In this document: positions 48,359-61,569 of the stretch, piece after piece
Layout: every line of letters starts with the position of its first letter
Numbering within the stretch: position 1 is the first letter of the stretch
Assembly: GCF_046119375.1 (NCBI RefSeq)
Contig: NW_027362762.1
Coordinates: forward strand, 928,388,001 to 928,452,000
Source: Phyllobates terribilis
Taxonomy: Eukaryota
Reading direction: 5' to 3'
DNA length: 64,000 nt
Notes under the pieces: model-generated
Databases searched by the model: none
What the model saw: the letters and a program-made list of their open reading frames with translations, nothing else
What the model was told of the DNA's origin: nothing
Position numbers and translations under genes: made by a program

Positions 48359-48521
48359 CCCGTTCAGACTTTGAGGACTTTCTCTCCTTGAGAGGAGGCT
48401 TGGAGTTATGGCCCTGAGTCATGACACTTGGAGCCTGCCTGTGGGATGGGGAGCATTTTTCCATTTTCTTTTGGCCACAACGCTGTTCTGATCGCTTTTC
48501 TGAATCTTTAGGTTTTCTTTC
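48359..48521 (-). CDS. HUNK: HUNK exon 10
   Basis: tttccAG|GAA ... CGG G|gtaagt, 163 bp; ERKPKDSEKR...LKERKSSKS aligns to human DKKPKEQEKR...LKDRKASKS. Confidence 0.88.
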
Positions 48522-48727
48522 CTGGAAATAACAAAAAGAACATACCATTGTTAAAAGATAAGTCTTCATAAAAGAAGCAAAAAACCTTCAGATATTCTCA
48601 CATTATAGATCAGGAAGTTAGACATTTATTATAATTACCAGCATTTTACTTTGTAATTGGTATGGGGGGAACAAAATGGCTGCCACTAGAGTTCCATAGA
48701 GATTGTACCATAGGTTTCCTAAAGATC

Positions 48728-49110
48728 NNNNNNNNNNNNNNNNNNNNNNNNNNNNNNNNNNNNNNNNNNNNNNNNNNNNNNNNNNNNNNNNNNNNNNNNN
48801 NNNNNNNNNNNNNNNNNNNNNNNNNNNNNNNNNNNNNNNNNNNNNNNNNNNNNNNNNNNNNNNNNNNNNNNNNNNNNNNNNNNNNNNNNNNNNNNNNNNN
48901 NNNNNNNNNNNNNNNNNNNNNNNNNNNNNNNNNNNNNNNNNNNNNNNNNNNNNNNNNNNNNNNNNNNNNNNNNNNNNNNNNNNNNNNNNNNNNNNNNNNN
49001 NNNNNNNNNNNNNNNNNNNNNNNNNNNNNNNNNNNNNNNNNNNNNNNNNNNNNNNNNNNNNNNNNNNNNNNNNNNNNNNNNNNNNNNNNNNNNNNNNNNN
49101 NNNNNNNNNN
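48728..49110. other. Assembly gap (383 N)
   Basis: Run of N. Confidence 1.
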
Positions 49111-50568
49111 AATATAATTTTTTTATTGTGTTTTATGTGTTTTTTTTAATGTTTTTGATGAGTTTGGAAGAAAGAGTACACTGTACAATTGTAGCATCAC
49201 TCACAGAAGAGAATATTTAACAAAGTGACCGAAGACGGTGACTCAGCGACTTGTAATTACTGATAATTTTTTCTATTTTCTACGCAGGATGCACATTCTT
49301 TGGGTAAGGCGATCTTGCAAATCCTAACATAACTAAGCACATAACACCTCTATTTTGACAGCTACCTGGAATTTCTCTGCTTCGGAGATCTGACTTTGTC
49401 CGGATGCACTCACCAAAAAGCTTTTAATAATGATATGAAACGTCAAGAATCTTTACATTTGTGCGCCTTTCTTAGAAATCTGCCTTTTCATGTGTTAGTT
49501 GTTTATTCCATTGAACTTAAAGTTCAAAGAACTCTAGACAATGCCCCATTAGAAGAGACTAGTAGAACTGGAAATCGCTTCATTTTCATGGGCTGCTGCC
49601 ATTCTTAGTCCTTATACAAACAGGTGTAGCTATAGGGGGTGTAGAGGTAGCAGTTTCTGATGCCTGAGGGACTTCAAGGAACCTCTAGGACATAAGCCAT
49701 GAGAATTGTATATGATACCGAGTAAGCAGAAACCCCTTTTAAGATTTTACATCTGCCCAAAAGCAGAGTCTTCTATCGAATGTGAAAACCAAGGGGCAGG
49801 AGTGAGCAGAGTGGGGTAGAGATTCAATAGAAATTCAGTATTGGTTTCAGGCAGATTCGGGCCAGTAGATTTGATTCAGTCTGATTACCGAAAAAACTTT
49901 TAAGCTCTGAGATCTCTCCAGATCACAAAGCACAATAAAAGAAGGCGAAAGAGGAGGTTAAAAAAATAATAAAATATTATGCTCACCAGCCCTAGGCCTG
50001 CTCCTCCCCGGTCCTGCTCTCACCACTCTCTCTGGTCTTTTGATCTTCTGGCGCTGTCTATGTCCCATGCCGGACCGGTCAGAGAGCTGTGGCAGCAGGA
50101 TAGGAGTGTGCCGGGCCTTGGACAAGCGAGTATAATAGGGAGTACATAGAGACTTCTTAGTCAAAGGCATTATGGCTGTGATAAGCCACACATGAACCGC
50201 AATCAACTAGTCAACGGAGACACACAGTGCCCGGAGACACGTTGAAAAGCTGGCAGGGGACTAAGTATAATCACTGTGAAACGCAGTAGCGTAGCCAGAT
50301 TCTGATTCATGCTGTCAGTAGTTTGGGAAGTATTAATTTAATAACCCCTTCACGAAACTCAAAAATAATCCAGCAAAATGGAAGCAAGCTGCCCTATATT
50401 TTGTTGGATTCTTGCAAATCAAATCCCAAAAATGTTGGATTTGCCAAAATCCAAAATTTGGTGGAAATTTGTAAGAAATCAGATTCATTATGAATCGATT
50501 TGCTCAGTCTGGAGAATAAGCTGAGCACTTCTACTCCTGGGTTTGAGAAGTCAATGGGGTCTCAGGAC

Positions 50569-50923
50569 CAGGGCTGTGGAATCTGTAAGCCAAAACTCCA
50601 GACTCAGACTCCTCAATTTCCCCGACTCAAGACTGATTCCAACACCGACTCCACAACACTGCCTCACTACTGAGCATGTACATAAAGTGAAGCACAGATT
50701 CATCTCAACTAAAAGCGGAGATCCATAGATCAGGAACAGAATAGTCGTTTATAGGACATTTCAGAACTTTCCCAAATTTTTATGAAAAAATTTACAGCAC
50801 TGAACTACTGTATCCAATGTATTATATATTTTAGATTTTAGGAGCCGGAGCATTTTATACCGACTCAGACTCCACCAAAATGGACATCAACTCTTTCTCC
50901 ATGACTCCGACTCCACAGCCCTG
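50569..50923. mobile_element. hAT-like MITE with CCGACTCC repeats
   Basis: CAGGGCTGTGGA / TCCACAGCCCTG TIR; the 8-bp TSD is only partly matched. Confidence 0.65.
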
Positions 50924-53354
50924 CTTAGACCACAGACCCTCAACAATCAACATTACATAAAGAAAACAATTTTCAAGGTTTAGTTATCCCTCAGGTTATA
51001 ACTTTAGATAAAAGCACATATAGGTACGTAGGGCCCTACAGAACCTTTCATTGTACAAAATTACATGTGAATCCAACAGATATGACCCTCAGTGCGCCAT
51101 ATCATTAATACATATTCTGCCCAACATGCATTGTACCCAGGGCAGACTTTCTTTATATATGGCACAGTATGGAGGTACCACATGGCGGCAGAGTACCTAT
51201 GGCACCAGAGTGTAGCTATCAAGACTCTGTGTGTACAGGCTCACTGCACTTTACTCTATCATTCTGCCATATGCATGGGGCCTAAGACTATTTTAATGCA
51301 CGTGCCCTGTAAATTTTAAAGGGTAGAGGAATATGTCGGTGCTGTATTAATTATTTATATCTGTATGGGCACCTAAAAGTTGTGAATCTGACAATCTGTG
51401 CTAATGTAATTTTCCTGAAATGGGTAGACTGTTCCCCTGAGTGCAGGGGTTAATGCTCTGCAGACTGAGGAAGGCCGGGATGTGCAGTTTCCTTGTATCA
51501 CATGAAGCAGCCACATCCTCCACTTTCATTCCTTTAGAAAGCTGAGCCCTAGGAGGAGTTTCCGATCCCTCTTTCCCTTTTCAACGAGCAGGAAGTGACT
51601 TCCCTGACCATTGCTGAGACACGCTCCATCTGGCAGGGCCTGGGACACAAAGCATCACTTCCCTATTGTATTACATCCTGAGCCTGCATGGAAACCACTG
51701 AACCGCATCTTGTTGGGAGGGGTCTACTCTTTCTATGGCGGTAATACTAGACCTCTACAAAAGGCGTTTCCTTATCGGTTCCCAAAAGATACAACACAAT
51801 CAACGGACAGATACATCCTTACATCTTCTGGGACTTTCATTTTGTTTTCCTAAGTGCATTTCTCTGTAGCAATAATATATTTTATTTATATGGAGTAATT
51901 ATCCTTACTTTTGAGGCTGGACATATATATATTATGTCAGCCAAACCTTGTGATTTTGGTAGGACCTGTGTAGTGTTCACAGGGATGTGTATGGAGATGG
52001 TGTCACTCGCCTTCAACTGCAGATGCTTTTGGAGATATTGATCAGGCATGTTGGGTTTCAACATGCCCGATCCTTTAGCTTTCTTAAAAGACTCTCCTAT
52101 CCCAATTATGATAAAAAAAAAATATCTAAAAAAAAGAGCGTGGGCTAAACAAGAATTTGTCGGGAAACCATTTTTGATGTATTGGCACCTACAAAAAGGC
52201 GTACCGCTAATAGTGCCAGACCACGCAGCCGTTATGGGTTTGCTCTACAAGTCAGGTGGGGAGCCCAGTGCCACTATACTATTCGTTAGACTATGTGGGG
52301 GCTATTATGCTGTTTGGAGGGCTGTGTGGGGTCCATAATACTGTGTGGAGGGATGTCCTATTGTGTGGGGGCCTCATTCTGTATCGGAGAGCTGTGTTGG
52401 GGCCACTTTGGAGGTATCATAATTTGCATGAATTCTCTGTTGGAGGTATCATACGGTGTTTGGTTTGGGGGGCACTTTTGTTGGCATCATACTTCATGGA
52501 GGTCATGAAAGGGGTATATTAGTGTGTAGTAACACTAAAGGGTTTCAATAGAAGCAAAATGATTTTGTAACGGCTGCAAAGTCTTGAGATATGTTCTTTT
52601 GTGACCCCCCCGAATATGTAACTTTTCTTTGTTTTTGAGGAGATGGGGAATTAGAATGTCTATGGGGCTCCATGATTTCTATGTATGCCCCTGCAGGTAC
52701 ACCTAATCTATGAGGCATAGAAGAAAGTAACCCAGCATCAGCAGTTTAGGTTTGATCCCGCACAGATCTTGTTTAACCCTGTAAGCATTGGGTGCCTGAT
52801 GTGTCTAGACACTTATCTCCATTCCCTACTTCTAAGACACCATGCAGATTAGATTTAGTCATAAACTTCAAAATTCTACATTGTCTTCAGTAATTAGTCA
52901 AATTGTAAGAGAAACAAATGACCAAATAGGGTCAAATGGATTGTTCCCATTTGGGACCCCCTCTATAATCTAGCATGGCACCACACAATAGCCATTTATT
53001 TCCCTATCTTTCCTCAGTCACGAATTTTGGAAGCTTGACCTATCACCGGCCTTGCTGCTTTCTGAAAGGGAATTATCTAGTTTTCGCAAGCTTTTTAAAA
53101 CAGGAAGGTGGATGTCATAAATCATCCAATCAGAGTGAATGTTTCATTTGTCTGATGCAGTTTCTACAATGAAAGCTGAATGCTAATTGGCTGATATGAG
53201 CAGCATAGTCCTTTCTGAGAGATACTGCATGAGGCCCAGTGATGGCATTCAGTAAGATAATAAAATATTTTGTAGGCTGTCTCTTTATAGACACGGCTTA
53301 TTTATTGTGATTTACTTTGCATTATCGAGAAGAAAAGGCAAAGAGGATTCTCAC

Positions 53355-53438
53355 CTCGTAGGAGTTTTTATTTGACTTGTATTTCTCCAGTGGATGCATC
53401 TGGTTCTTGTGGCAAACGTTGTCATTAATGTCAGGTTT
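53355..53438 (-). CDS. HUNK: HUNK exon 8
   Basis: ctAG|AAA ... GAG|gtgag, 84 bp; KPDINDNVCHKNQMHPLEKYKSNKNSYE (not in the ORF track). Confidence 0.85.
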
Positions 53439-53610
53439 CTAGCATGAGAAAGAACAGCTGTTAATTACAGAGCTCTGCGCATTCTGAAGATAACAGGACC
53501 ATTGTGATAATCATGGCTTGTAAATCATCCACTCTGTAATCCCCCATATCCTCGAGAGAAACCCCCTGCCCTCCCTTAGAACATGGCGACAGATAGCAAG
53601 TCAAGCTTAC

Positions 53611-53779
53611 CCTCATGGTGATCAAGTAGCGCTCCAATTTCCGGTTTAGCAGGAAGTAAACGGCAAGGGTATGACAAGCGCGATTGGAGAGGATGACGTT
53701 GATGACATCACTGTGCTTATAACCGAGCTTCTCCGACATGTGACGGATCACGCACTGACTCAAGTCTTCAAGATGGATC
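53611..53779 (-). CDS. HUNK: HUNK exon 7 (UBA region)
   Basis: ccAG|G ATC ... AGG|gtaagc, 169 bp; IHLEDLSQCVIRHMSEKLGYKHSDVINVILSNRACH. Confidence 0.93.
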
Positions 53780-56135
53780 CTGGAGGGTAGAAAGACACTG
53801 GTCATTAGTGGATGAATTTATGAAGCTGCTTGCAGAATTAACAATTTTTGTTGGTATGCGTTAATATTTTCACTGGTTATATCTACGGATCCATTAGATA
53901 ACCATCCATTTTCTTCCATTTGAAATGGCTCCAGTAAACAAAAAAACATCCTTTATTTAACGGATCCGTTTTCCATAGACTCGGTGTTAAAAAAAAAGAA
54001 AACAGATACAGTTGAAATCAGTTTTTTTTAGGGCTGTGTGGGGGTCATTATACAGTGTGGAAGGTTGGGTTGAGTGGGGTCCATCATACTGTGTAGAGGG
54101 ATGTCCTATTGTGTGAGGCTGTGGAAGGGCTGTGTGGGGCTGTGTCGGGGCTACCCTGCCGTGTGTGGGGAACTGTGGGGGCCATCATACTGTGTTGGGA
54201 TCACTTTTGTTGGCATCAAACTTCATGAAAGGGGCATTTTAGTGTGTGGTAACACGAAAGGATTTCAATGGGAGCAAAATTATTTTGTAAGGGCTTCAAA
54301 GTTGTGAGATATGTTCCATAACCTCAGTGTTAAAAACACAGATCCAGTTGAAATCAGTTTTTTGTAGCCGGACAAAAAAGTTGTGTCTGCACAACTTTTT
54401 TGTTAACCGATTGCTGCTGGATCTGTTCTAACTGATTATTACTGGACATGTGAACATAGCCTAAAAGAGTTGAGGACAGGCAGACTGCTCATCACATATT
54501 GATTTCAGTGGAACACCCACCCAGACTGATTAATTGTATAATCAATTAATTTATTAGAATATGTGGAATGTAATGCAACTCTGAGAGAACACCCATGTAG
54601 ATGGTGCCCTAGGCAGGTTTTAACCCAACGACCCAATGCATCCAGCCAGTCAGCCGCTCTCTCCAGATGCCACAATTGATATGAAGGGATCCTTGTGAAA
54701 ACATCCCCCCTGGCATATGTAGCCATAGGACCATTGAATAATTAAAGGGACCTTCATGTGGTTGTGGTCTGAAGTATAGTCATTTTTAACAGGAGACTTG
54801 AATGATAATGATGTCTCCTTGTTAACTGCTTCAGGGGGTTTGTAGGACTTCTCATGACCTACTGCTCCCTCATTAGGCTAATAATCTCCTGAAGTAGCAG
54901 ATGTTTTCCTTACTGATACCAGGTGTGTTTTTCAACACTTCTCCGTACTGAACTTTACATGGGTTATCCATGTTAAAGAAAATGTCCAAATTGCAAAATC
55001 CCCAGTAAATTACGTCCTTTTCTAATAAAAGGTGGCCAGAAGACCAAAACCCTTTTCTAAATGTCCTAATGGGGCACATGGACATCATGGAGAGGAGATC
55101 CTTCTTGCTTGGGACCTCCCTCAATGTGTTAAAAATCATCGTTTCTCAGCAGCACTTTGTCCCCTGTAAACAGGATGTGTGCGGCCAAGAACAATGACAG
55201 CCTATGCGCACAGATTGATTTTTTTATCCAATTGCTCTGTGCACATGGGAAGAGAGGTCGGCCTTTCTAAACAGGTCATTAAATGAAAGCCGATGATCAG
55301 CAAATATGTAGCTGATTGTTTAACGCCGCTAGTTGGCGATTGTAAACGCACCCTTAGAGTTTCAATATATATGGCGCCTGCTCCTCAATTCACTGGTGGG
55401 GTCTTGGTTTTAAGATTAAATGCTGTCTCAGTATTTTCAGTGAAGCCCAGTTATCACCCCCTCAAAAATAAATGAATGTAACTGTTACTATTAATTGACT
55501 TATAAATGGCACTGGAAGGGTCTTAAGTGTTTAATAAGCTTCAATATTATAAAACATTGCTTTCACTGGAAAAAAAAATCTTTGAGGCATTAAGGACTTC
55601 TGCTAATCCCTTTTAAGCCACAATTAAAGGAGTAGCAGACTCGCCCCTGACTTTCCCCATTACACACAGTGTAAACATGCTGTGGTGAAGGAAACCTTTG
55701 TAGAGGAGAATTAGCCATTGCTCATTGTTACAGCCTTGTTTGCATGTAAATAGAATTACCAGATCTGCTGATGACAGCAATGGATCAGGGTGGAGGATTT
55801 GACTATTGTCTCAAGACACAGGAGCTGTTACATTTCCCACTAGTAAGGTGTGAACCCATTTGGAGTTGTCAGCTGGCCATACAAATTAGCTCCCCCCCCA
55901 CCTGACAGCTCCCTCTCTCCCAACATAGTCACTACTGGACTCCTGTCATTGTTTTATCTCCCAGTCCATCAAAAAAGTCAGTCATTGAAATTCCAATTCT
56001 TCCCTTCCCCTGACATCATCTAGTGGGGGTAGAGTTTGGAGGCCTAACATAGATGAATGATTAGGAATTGTTGACCTTGGCAATCACTCTTATTACACAT
56101 GTTCCAGAACTGATCTTATGATAGATTCGTCCCAC

Positions 56136-56395
56136 ATAGAATCATATAATGTTAGAGTTGGAAGGGACCTCCAGGGTCATCGTGTCCAACCTCCTGCTCA
56201 ATGCAGGACTCACTAACTCATCTCAGACGGATGTCTGTCCAGCCTCTATGTGAAGACTTCCATTCAAGGAGAACTCACCACCTCTCGTGGCCGCCTGTTC
56301 CACTCATTGATCACCCTCACTGTCAAAAAGTTTATTCTAATATCTAATCTGTATCTTCTGCCTTTCAGTTTCAGTTTCTTGTGGATATTACAGTG
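56136..56395 (-). mobile_element. CR1 LINE 3' fragment
   Basis: ATAGAATCATATAATGTTAGAGTTGGAAGGGACCTCCAGGGTCATC is the reverse complement of the typical CR1 3' end with its ATTCTATG-type tail. Confidence 0.75.
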
Positions 56396-57094
56396 TTATA
56401 TGTAGGACCGGTGGTAAAGCTACAGTATCATCTTCAGATATGATGCCCAAATAGTTGAGTTGACTTCTCCTTCATCTTTAGCCACAGCCCCCTCATTACA
56501 TAATTGAAGTTTTCCGTACGTCCAAAGATTTCATGTGTTTAGAAGAAGTGTTTCTAATGATTGCTTCTTGAGCTAAATTAGCCTTTTCCCGATTTGCCTC
56601 ATTGACCAGCGAGATGTAGAACGTTGGAACCATTGTCTGTGCAGACGTGCCTAGCTTTAGATTACACCACAGCAATTCATGAAGCTTACGTCCTTCCAGG
56701 TTTACTTGTATGAAACAATTTAGAAATTAAGATAGAGCTAGAGCTACTTGCCCATCGCGTCATGCCGGGAAGGTAAGCGGATGCCAGACAACTTGAACGC
56801 CATTTATCAGGGGCTACAAAAATATGGAAAGAAAAAAATCCAACTTACTTCAACCTGGATGCCCCTAACAGCCAGATTGTTGGTAAATCTCTTATATGTC
56901 AGTCCTCCATAGTATTCCGACCTCCAATCATTTATCTGGATTAATTTTCTGATTGTTTTTTTTTTTTTCAGATAATTTTGGATCAAAAGGGGAATTTAGG
57001 AGCTTACAGCATACTGTTTTCTCATAAATATAGTCATAAAATCTACCAGCACAGAATTTTAGATCCATTTTGATTAATAATTTTGTGAATCTAC

Positions 57095-57224
57095 CTGTTT
57101 GGGTATGTGTTAACTCCTTTTCCATGATAGTTGTCATTAAGCCATCGATTCGCCAGAGCTTGCTGGATGTTTGGTCTCTTTAAAGGATCTGGTTCCAGCA
57201 GGGACCGAAGGAAATTAATAGCAG
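57095..57224 (-). CDS. HUNK: HUNK exon 6
   Basis: ttcAG|CT ... AAC AG|gtag, 130 bp; AINFLRSLLEPDPLKRPNIQQALANRWL. Confidence 0.94.
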
Positions 57225-57533
57225 CTGAAAAACAAACAATTATGTTACACGGGCTACTCCAGAAATACAGCATCTACTCCCTATAATCGAATGATCCTAC
57301 AGATTATTTTCTAGTCACTGTAAAAACTTTAATAAGACATAATTAAAAGGGTATTCTCCATCTTTCAAAGAAACTTGCCATTCCAAACATCTTTTAAAAT
57401 GTATTTAAAGGAGTGGTTTCATCTGAACAATTCCTTCTCGAAGGGCCTTATTAGGTCAGAGATGTGGTCCTTAACTCAGGACAAAAAGTAGAACCATTCC
57501 ACTGAAAAGTTACATGGACTGCTTTTCATTTAA

Positions 57534-57944
57534 AGGCGACAAGTCAGCCGGTCAAAAGTGGGCAGGTTTTTTATATCATTCTATTCCCACTGCTCCACCG
57601 AGCATTGCCGTTTTTGTTTTTTTTAAATTTGACATATGGTTCTGGAGTTATGGGCATTTATATTTAGTGCTAATTTTTATGGCGGTGCTTATTTGTCAAG
57701 TGTGAAAAGCAGCCTAAAGACACACCCACAGAGAATGTGAGCCACGCCCCCAGAGAATGACGTGAGCCACGCCCCCAGAGAATGATGTGAGCCATGCCCC
57801 CTTAGTAATGGCCATAAAAATTAGCACTAAATATAAAAGCCTATATCTCTGGACATGTATAGCAGATAAAAAATGTATTCCACAGGGGAGCAGTGAAAAT
57901 AAAAAGCAAAAACTAGCCACTTTTGACCTCATGACAGGTCCCCT
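57534..57944. mobile_element. TTAA-flanked T2/Kolobok-type MITE
   Basis: TTAA at both ends; internal inverted repeats; three copies of GAGCCA(C/T)GCCCCC. Confidence 0.65.
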
Positions 57945-58500
57945 TTAAATAACTACATGTAATACTACATTTTTCCTGTAGTGGCCACTGCAGTGAAAAT
58001 GAACAGTTAACATATGCTGTATTGTAGCAATCAGATAATCACCACATCATCTCTAAAAAATGAGTTATCTGGAATAGGAAACAAATCTTAACATGCAAAA
58101 CATGGTTTTAATTTTTGATCTACAAAGGCTTATGCCAAAATGTTAATAAAATACGTAAATTAATTCCTTTTTTTATTTCAAATAATAATTGTGATATTTG
58201 GCCGTTCAACATGAATTAGAAAACCGAATAGTGACATATTGAGAAAGGGAAAGTGTTAATTTGAAAATCCATCCCAAAAGGCTTGGCTCAGTGTTCAGCA
58301 GCTTTACAGAGAAGGCACTACAGGCATTTTTTGTAGACAAAATACGGTGCAATTGCAGACTAATTTTTCCCTTCTTGCAGTTATGGAAAAATGCTATTGC
58401 GATTGGCCTAAAAAGCCATCTTTAGCCACAGAAAATGAGAAGCAACATGTGAGCGCTTCGCGGTGCTATGAATCATCTCGGAAATGTGGAGACTACTTAC

Positions 58501-58628
58501 CAGAGGAGAGGTGGGAGGGCAATGGATTCATGGCTTTGTCTACCATCTTCTGATACAAAGCTCGCAAGCTAAATGGTTCAACGGTGAATGGCAACGTGCC
58601 CGTCAGCATGGCATACATGTTAACTCCA
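58501..58628 (-). CDS. HUNK: HUNK exon 5
   Basis: caAG|T GGA ... G|gtaagt, 128 bp; GVNMYAMLTGTLPFTVEPFSLRALYQKMVDK. Confidence 0.96.
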
Positions 58629-59226
58629 CTTGAAAAAAACAAAAATGGTGCAAGAAAGGTGAATACTGGGTAGAGAAGTAAACTATATACACAGTACGTC
58701 ATTTATGAGCCAACTTTGGGACCAATACTAAAATAGCAGAAACTGTTTGAAATAAATGCTATTATGTACTTATAACTTTGGCCTTTGTACACAAAAACAA
58801 TGCATCTCAAGACTGAATTCATAAGAAAATGGTCACACATAGGTTAGCATTGGAGCTGTATACAAAAAACGGTGTATTAATAGTAACAGACGACAAAGCA
58901 TGTAGTCTGATCCTGCACTCTTAATCAATTTCATCTTTTACCCACTTCTTCATAACATCCATGCAATAGGTTATCAAAAAGGTAATGAACAAAAGAAGGA
59001 ATTGTAACTGTCGGACCAGACTACATAACATTTGTTTGTAGTCTGTCACCATGGAGACACATAGGTCTGCACAGAAGCTATAAACTTAAAATGGGAGTTT
59101 CTTAGAATAGGATAAATTGTAAATGGAATGTGTGAATGTTAGTAAGGTGTATTCACGGAAAGATGTCCAACCTTTACGGTTAAAATAAGCCAGACATTTT
59201 TAAATGATGGCAAAGTATAACGTTAA

Positions 59227-59591
59227 AGGGGTTGTCCGGGTAAAACAATTTATCTTCTATCAACAGGGTAGGTGATAACTTGTTGATCGATGGGGGTCCG
59301 ACCGATAGGCAGAACAGAAAACTTGGGAGTGGCAGTGCGCATGCCCCACCTGCGCTCCATTCATTTCCTATGGGGCTAATGAGTGCTGCACTCAGCTTTT
59401 TCCAGCAGTCCCATAGACAATGGATGGGACAATGGTTGGGTGTCCAACATGAGGTACCATTTCGTAACAAGGATAAAAGTTCCCTGATCTGTTGATTGGT
59501 GCCTGTTCCAGAAATCAGACACGCACCGATCAGCAAGTTATCACCTATCATGTGGAAAGGTGACAACTTTTTTTTTCACTGGACAGCCCCT
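59227..59591. mobile_element. TTAA-flanked T2/Kolobok-type MITE
   Basis: TTAA-AGGGGTTGTCC ... GGACAGCCCCT-TTAA termini. Confidence 0.75.
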
Positions 59592-60347
59592 TTAAGACCA
59601 AGCAATCAAAATGTTGATCCTTCAAGAAAAAGGACATCTAAAAAGAACATTGAGAATACCAGTCCTAATATACTTTTATTTCTTTAGACAGCTCTTAAAA
59701 GCTGCAGAAATCACTCAAGAGGCACATTGGACATTTCCCCTGTTCTTCTGTATTGTAAATATAGAGAAGGTGGGTATTTTAACCATGTAGAAGGACAATC
59801 AAGACACCTGGATGTATTAAGGCTCCACTTTAAAAGTAATAACATACAGAACTGTCTAATTGCCTGGTGGTAACAGTCACAGTACAACCATTCCCCCATT
59901 TGGTGGCCACGTGTGTCTGTTTTGTATGCTCTCTCCTCAAACAGAAAACCCCAAAAACAAAGTAGACATTTCGTATTATTGCTGGTTATTCGTGGGGCAG
60001 CTGGAGCTGGACGGCTGGTAACTCATTAACGTCATCGAGCTTTGCATGTAGTAATGGAGGGCTAACTTCTGGTGAAGGTCATGGATACCAGAAAAAAGGT
60101 GAACCGCACCGGCAAAGGACTGTTTATCAGCATTCCAAAGTGTGTTAAGAGGGGAGTCAGAAATGGTAATGTTGTAAGGCGGGTCTCCTTATCATGTCTC
60201 AGGGGCAGCAAAGTACCATTTAAGGTATGCACAGACTTTGTACCAACTATAGTTGCTACATAAATCAGAAACCAAACATGAGAAATCTACATTTCATAGG
60301 AAATCAAGAATAGCGTTGTATTCCAAACTTTACTTAAATTAGAATCA

Positions 60348-60380
<33 letters not shown>

Positions 60381-60387
60381 CTACTTA

Positions 60388-60639
<252 letters not shown>

Positions 60640-61513
60640 TCAGCTGTAGCTATATAAGTTCTCTTTGAATTCTCGCTAGCTTTGATATCCCAAATTTATT
60701 TGGTCAAAATTTTTCAAGATGTTCCAAAAATTCTTAATTTTTCATAATTTTTGCCTACAATAGATCGGTTACTTGAATGTTATTCTATAGCATGTGCATT
60801 TTACAGGGGTGCCCTTTAAAATCCAGTTTGCTTGTTTGTTTGTTTTTAGTAGCCAGGAACTTCAAGAAAAAAATATTCAAAATGCTGTACTTTTTGGCCA
60901 CCTCGTTCTTGGATTTGTCCTACTTTTACATTAGAATTACTTGAAATCAGTATCAATATCTGATTATTGCCGGATTACCAGACACACAAGGATGTAATTT
61001 GAAGATCATTGGCCTCAATGGAAAAGCTCTAATGGGGCCCCCAATTATTTTAATAGTATTGGTCTTTTCATACAGGCCAAAGGGACTTTTGGGGACCTTT
61101 GGACTCCAGTGCCTGGGTGCGACTGCAACCCATGCACATATTGTAGTTATGTCGCTACAGATACTCTAAATTATGGACCACTCAGAAAAGTATATGAAAC
61201 TCATGTCAGGAGCTGGATTGTGGGACGTTCTGGATAAAGGGAAGTTTACTATAAACCAAATTTCTTAAGCGCTTTTCATTTGGAAAAATTCAACAATTTC
61301 AGGAAAAAATATCCCAAGTGCTAATGTGTCGGACGTAGAACTTAACAGGCAGCATACTGCAGAGTCAGCAGCGAAGTTTGGCAGGACAGGGAGGAAGTGG
61401 AAAACAATAGGAGCACAGAGGCTCCATTGGGACAACCTCTCTGCTTGGACAGATGAAGAGTAAATGGAGGAATACAATGTTAATGGGAGACTCATTAAAA
61501 AAAATGTACATAC

Positions 61514-61569
61514 CGATGAGCTTGATGTCATTGTTCTCGTCTAGTAACAGATTTTCAATCTTCAAGTCT
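61514..61569 (-). CDS. HUNK: HUNK exon 3 (catalytic loop)
   Basis: ctgcAG|A GAC TTG AAG ... G|gtatgt, 56 bp; DLKIENLLLDENNDIKLI. Confidence 0.95.

Noticed and set aside
48662-49149. 151-aa and 148-aa ORFs
   Set aside because: Artefacts of translating the N gap.
51990-52080. Candidate HUNK exon 9 with a GC donor (AAG|GCGAGT)
   Set aside because: The translation does not resemble the expected peptide and there is no convincing acceptor.
59975-60190. Minus-strand frame containing GDPPYN, resembling an adenine methyltransferase motif IV
   Set aside because: A TAA lies immediately before it, there is no good acceptor, and no other methyltransferase motif; likely chance.
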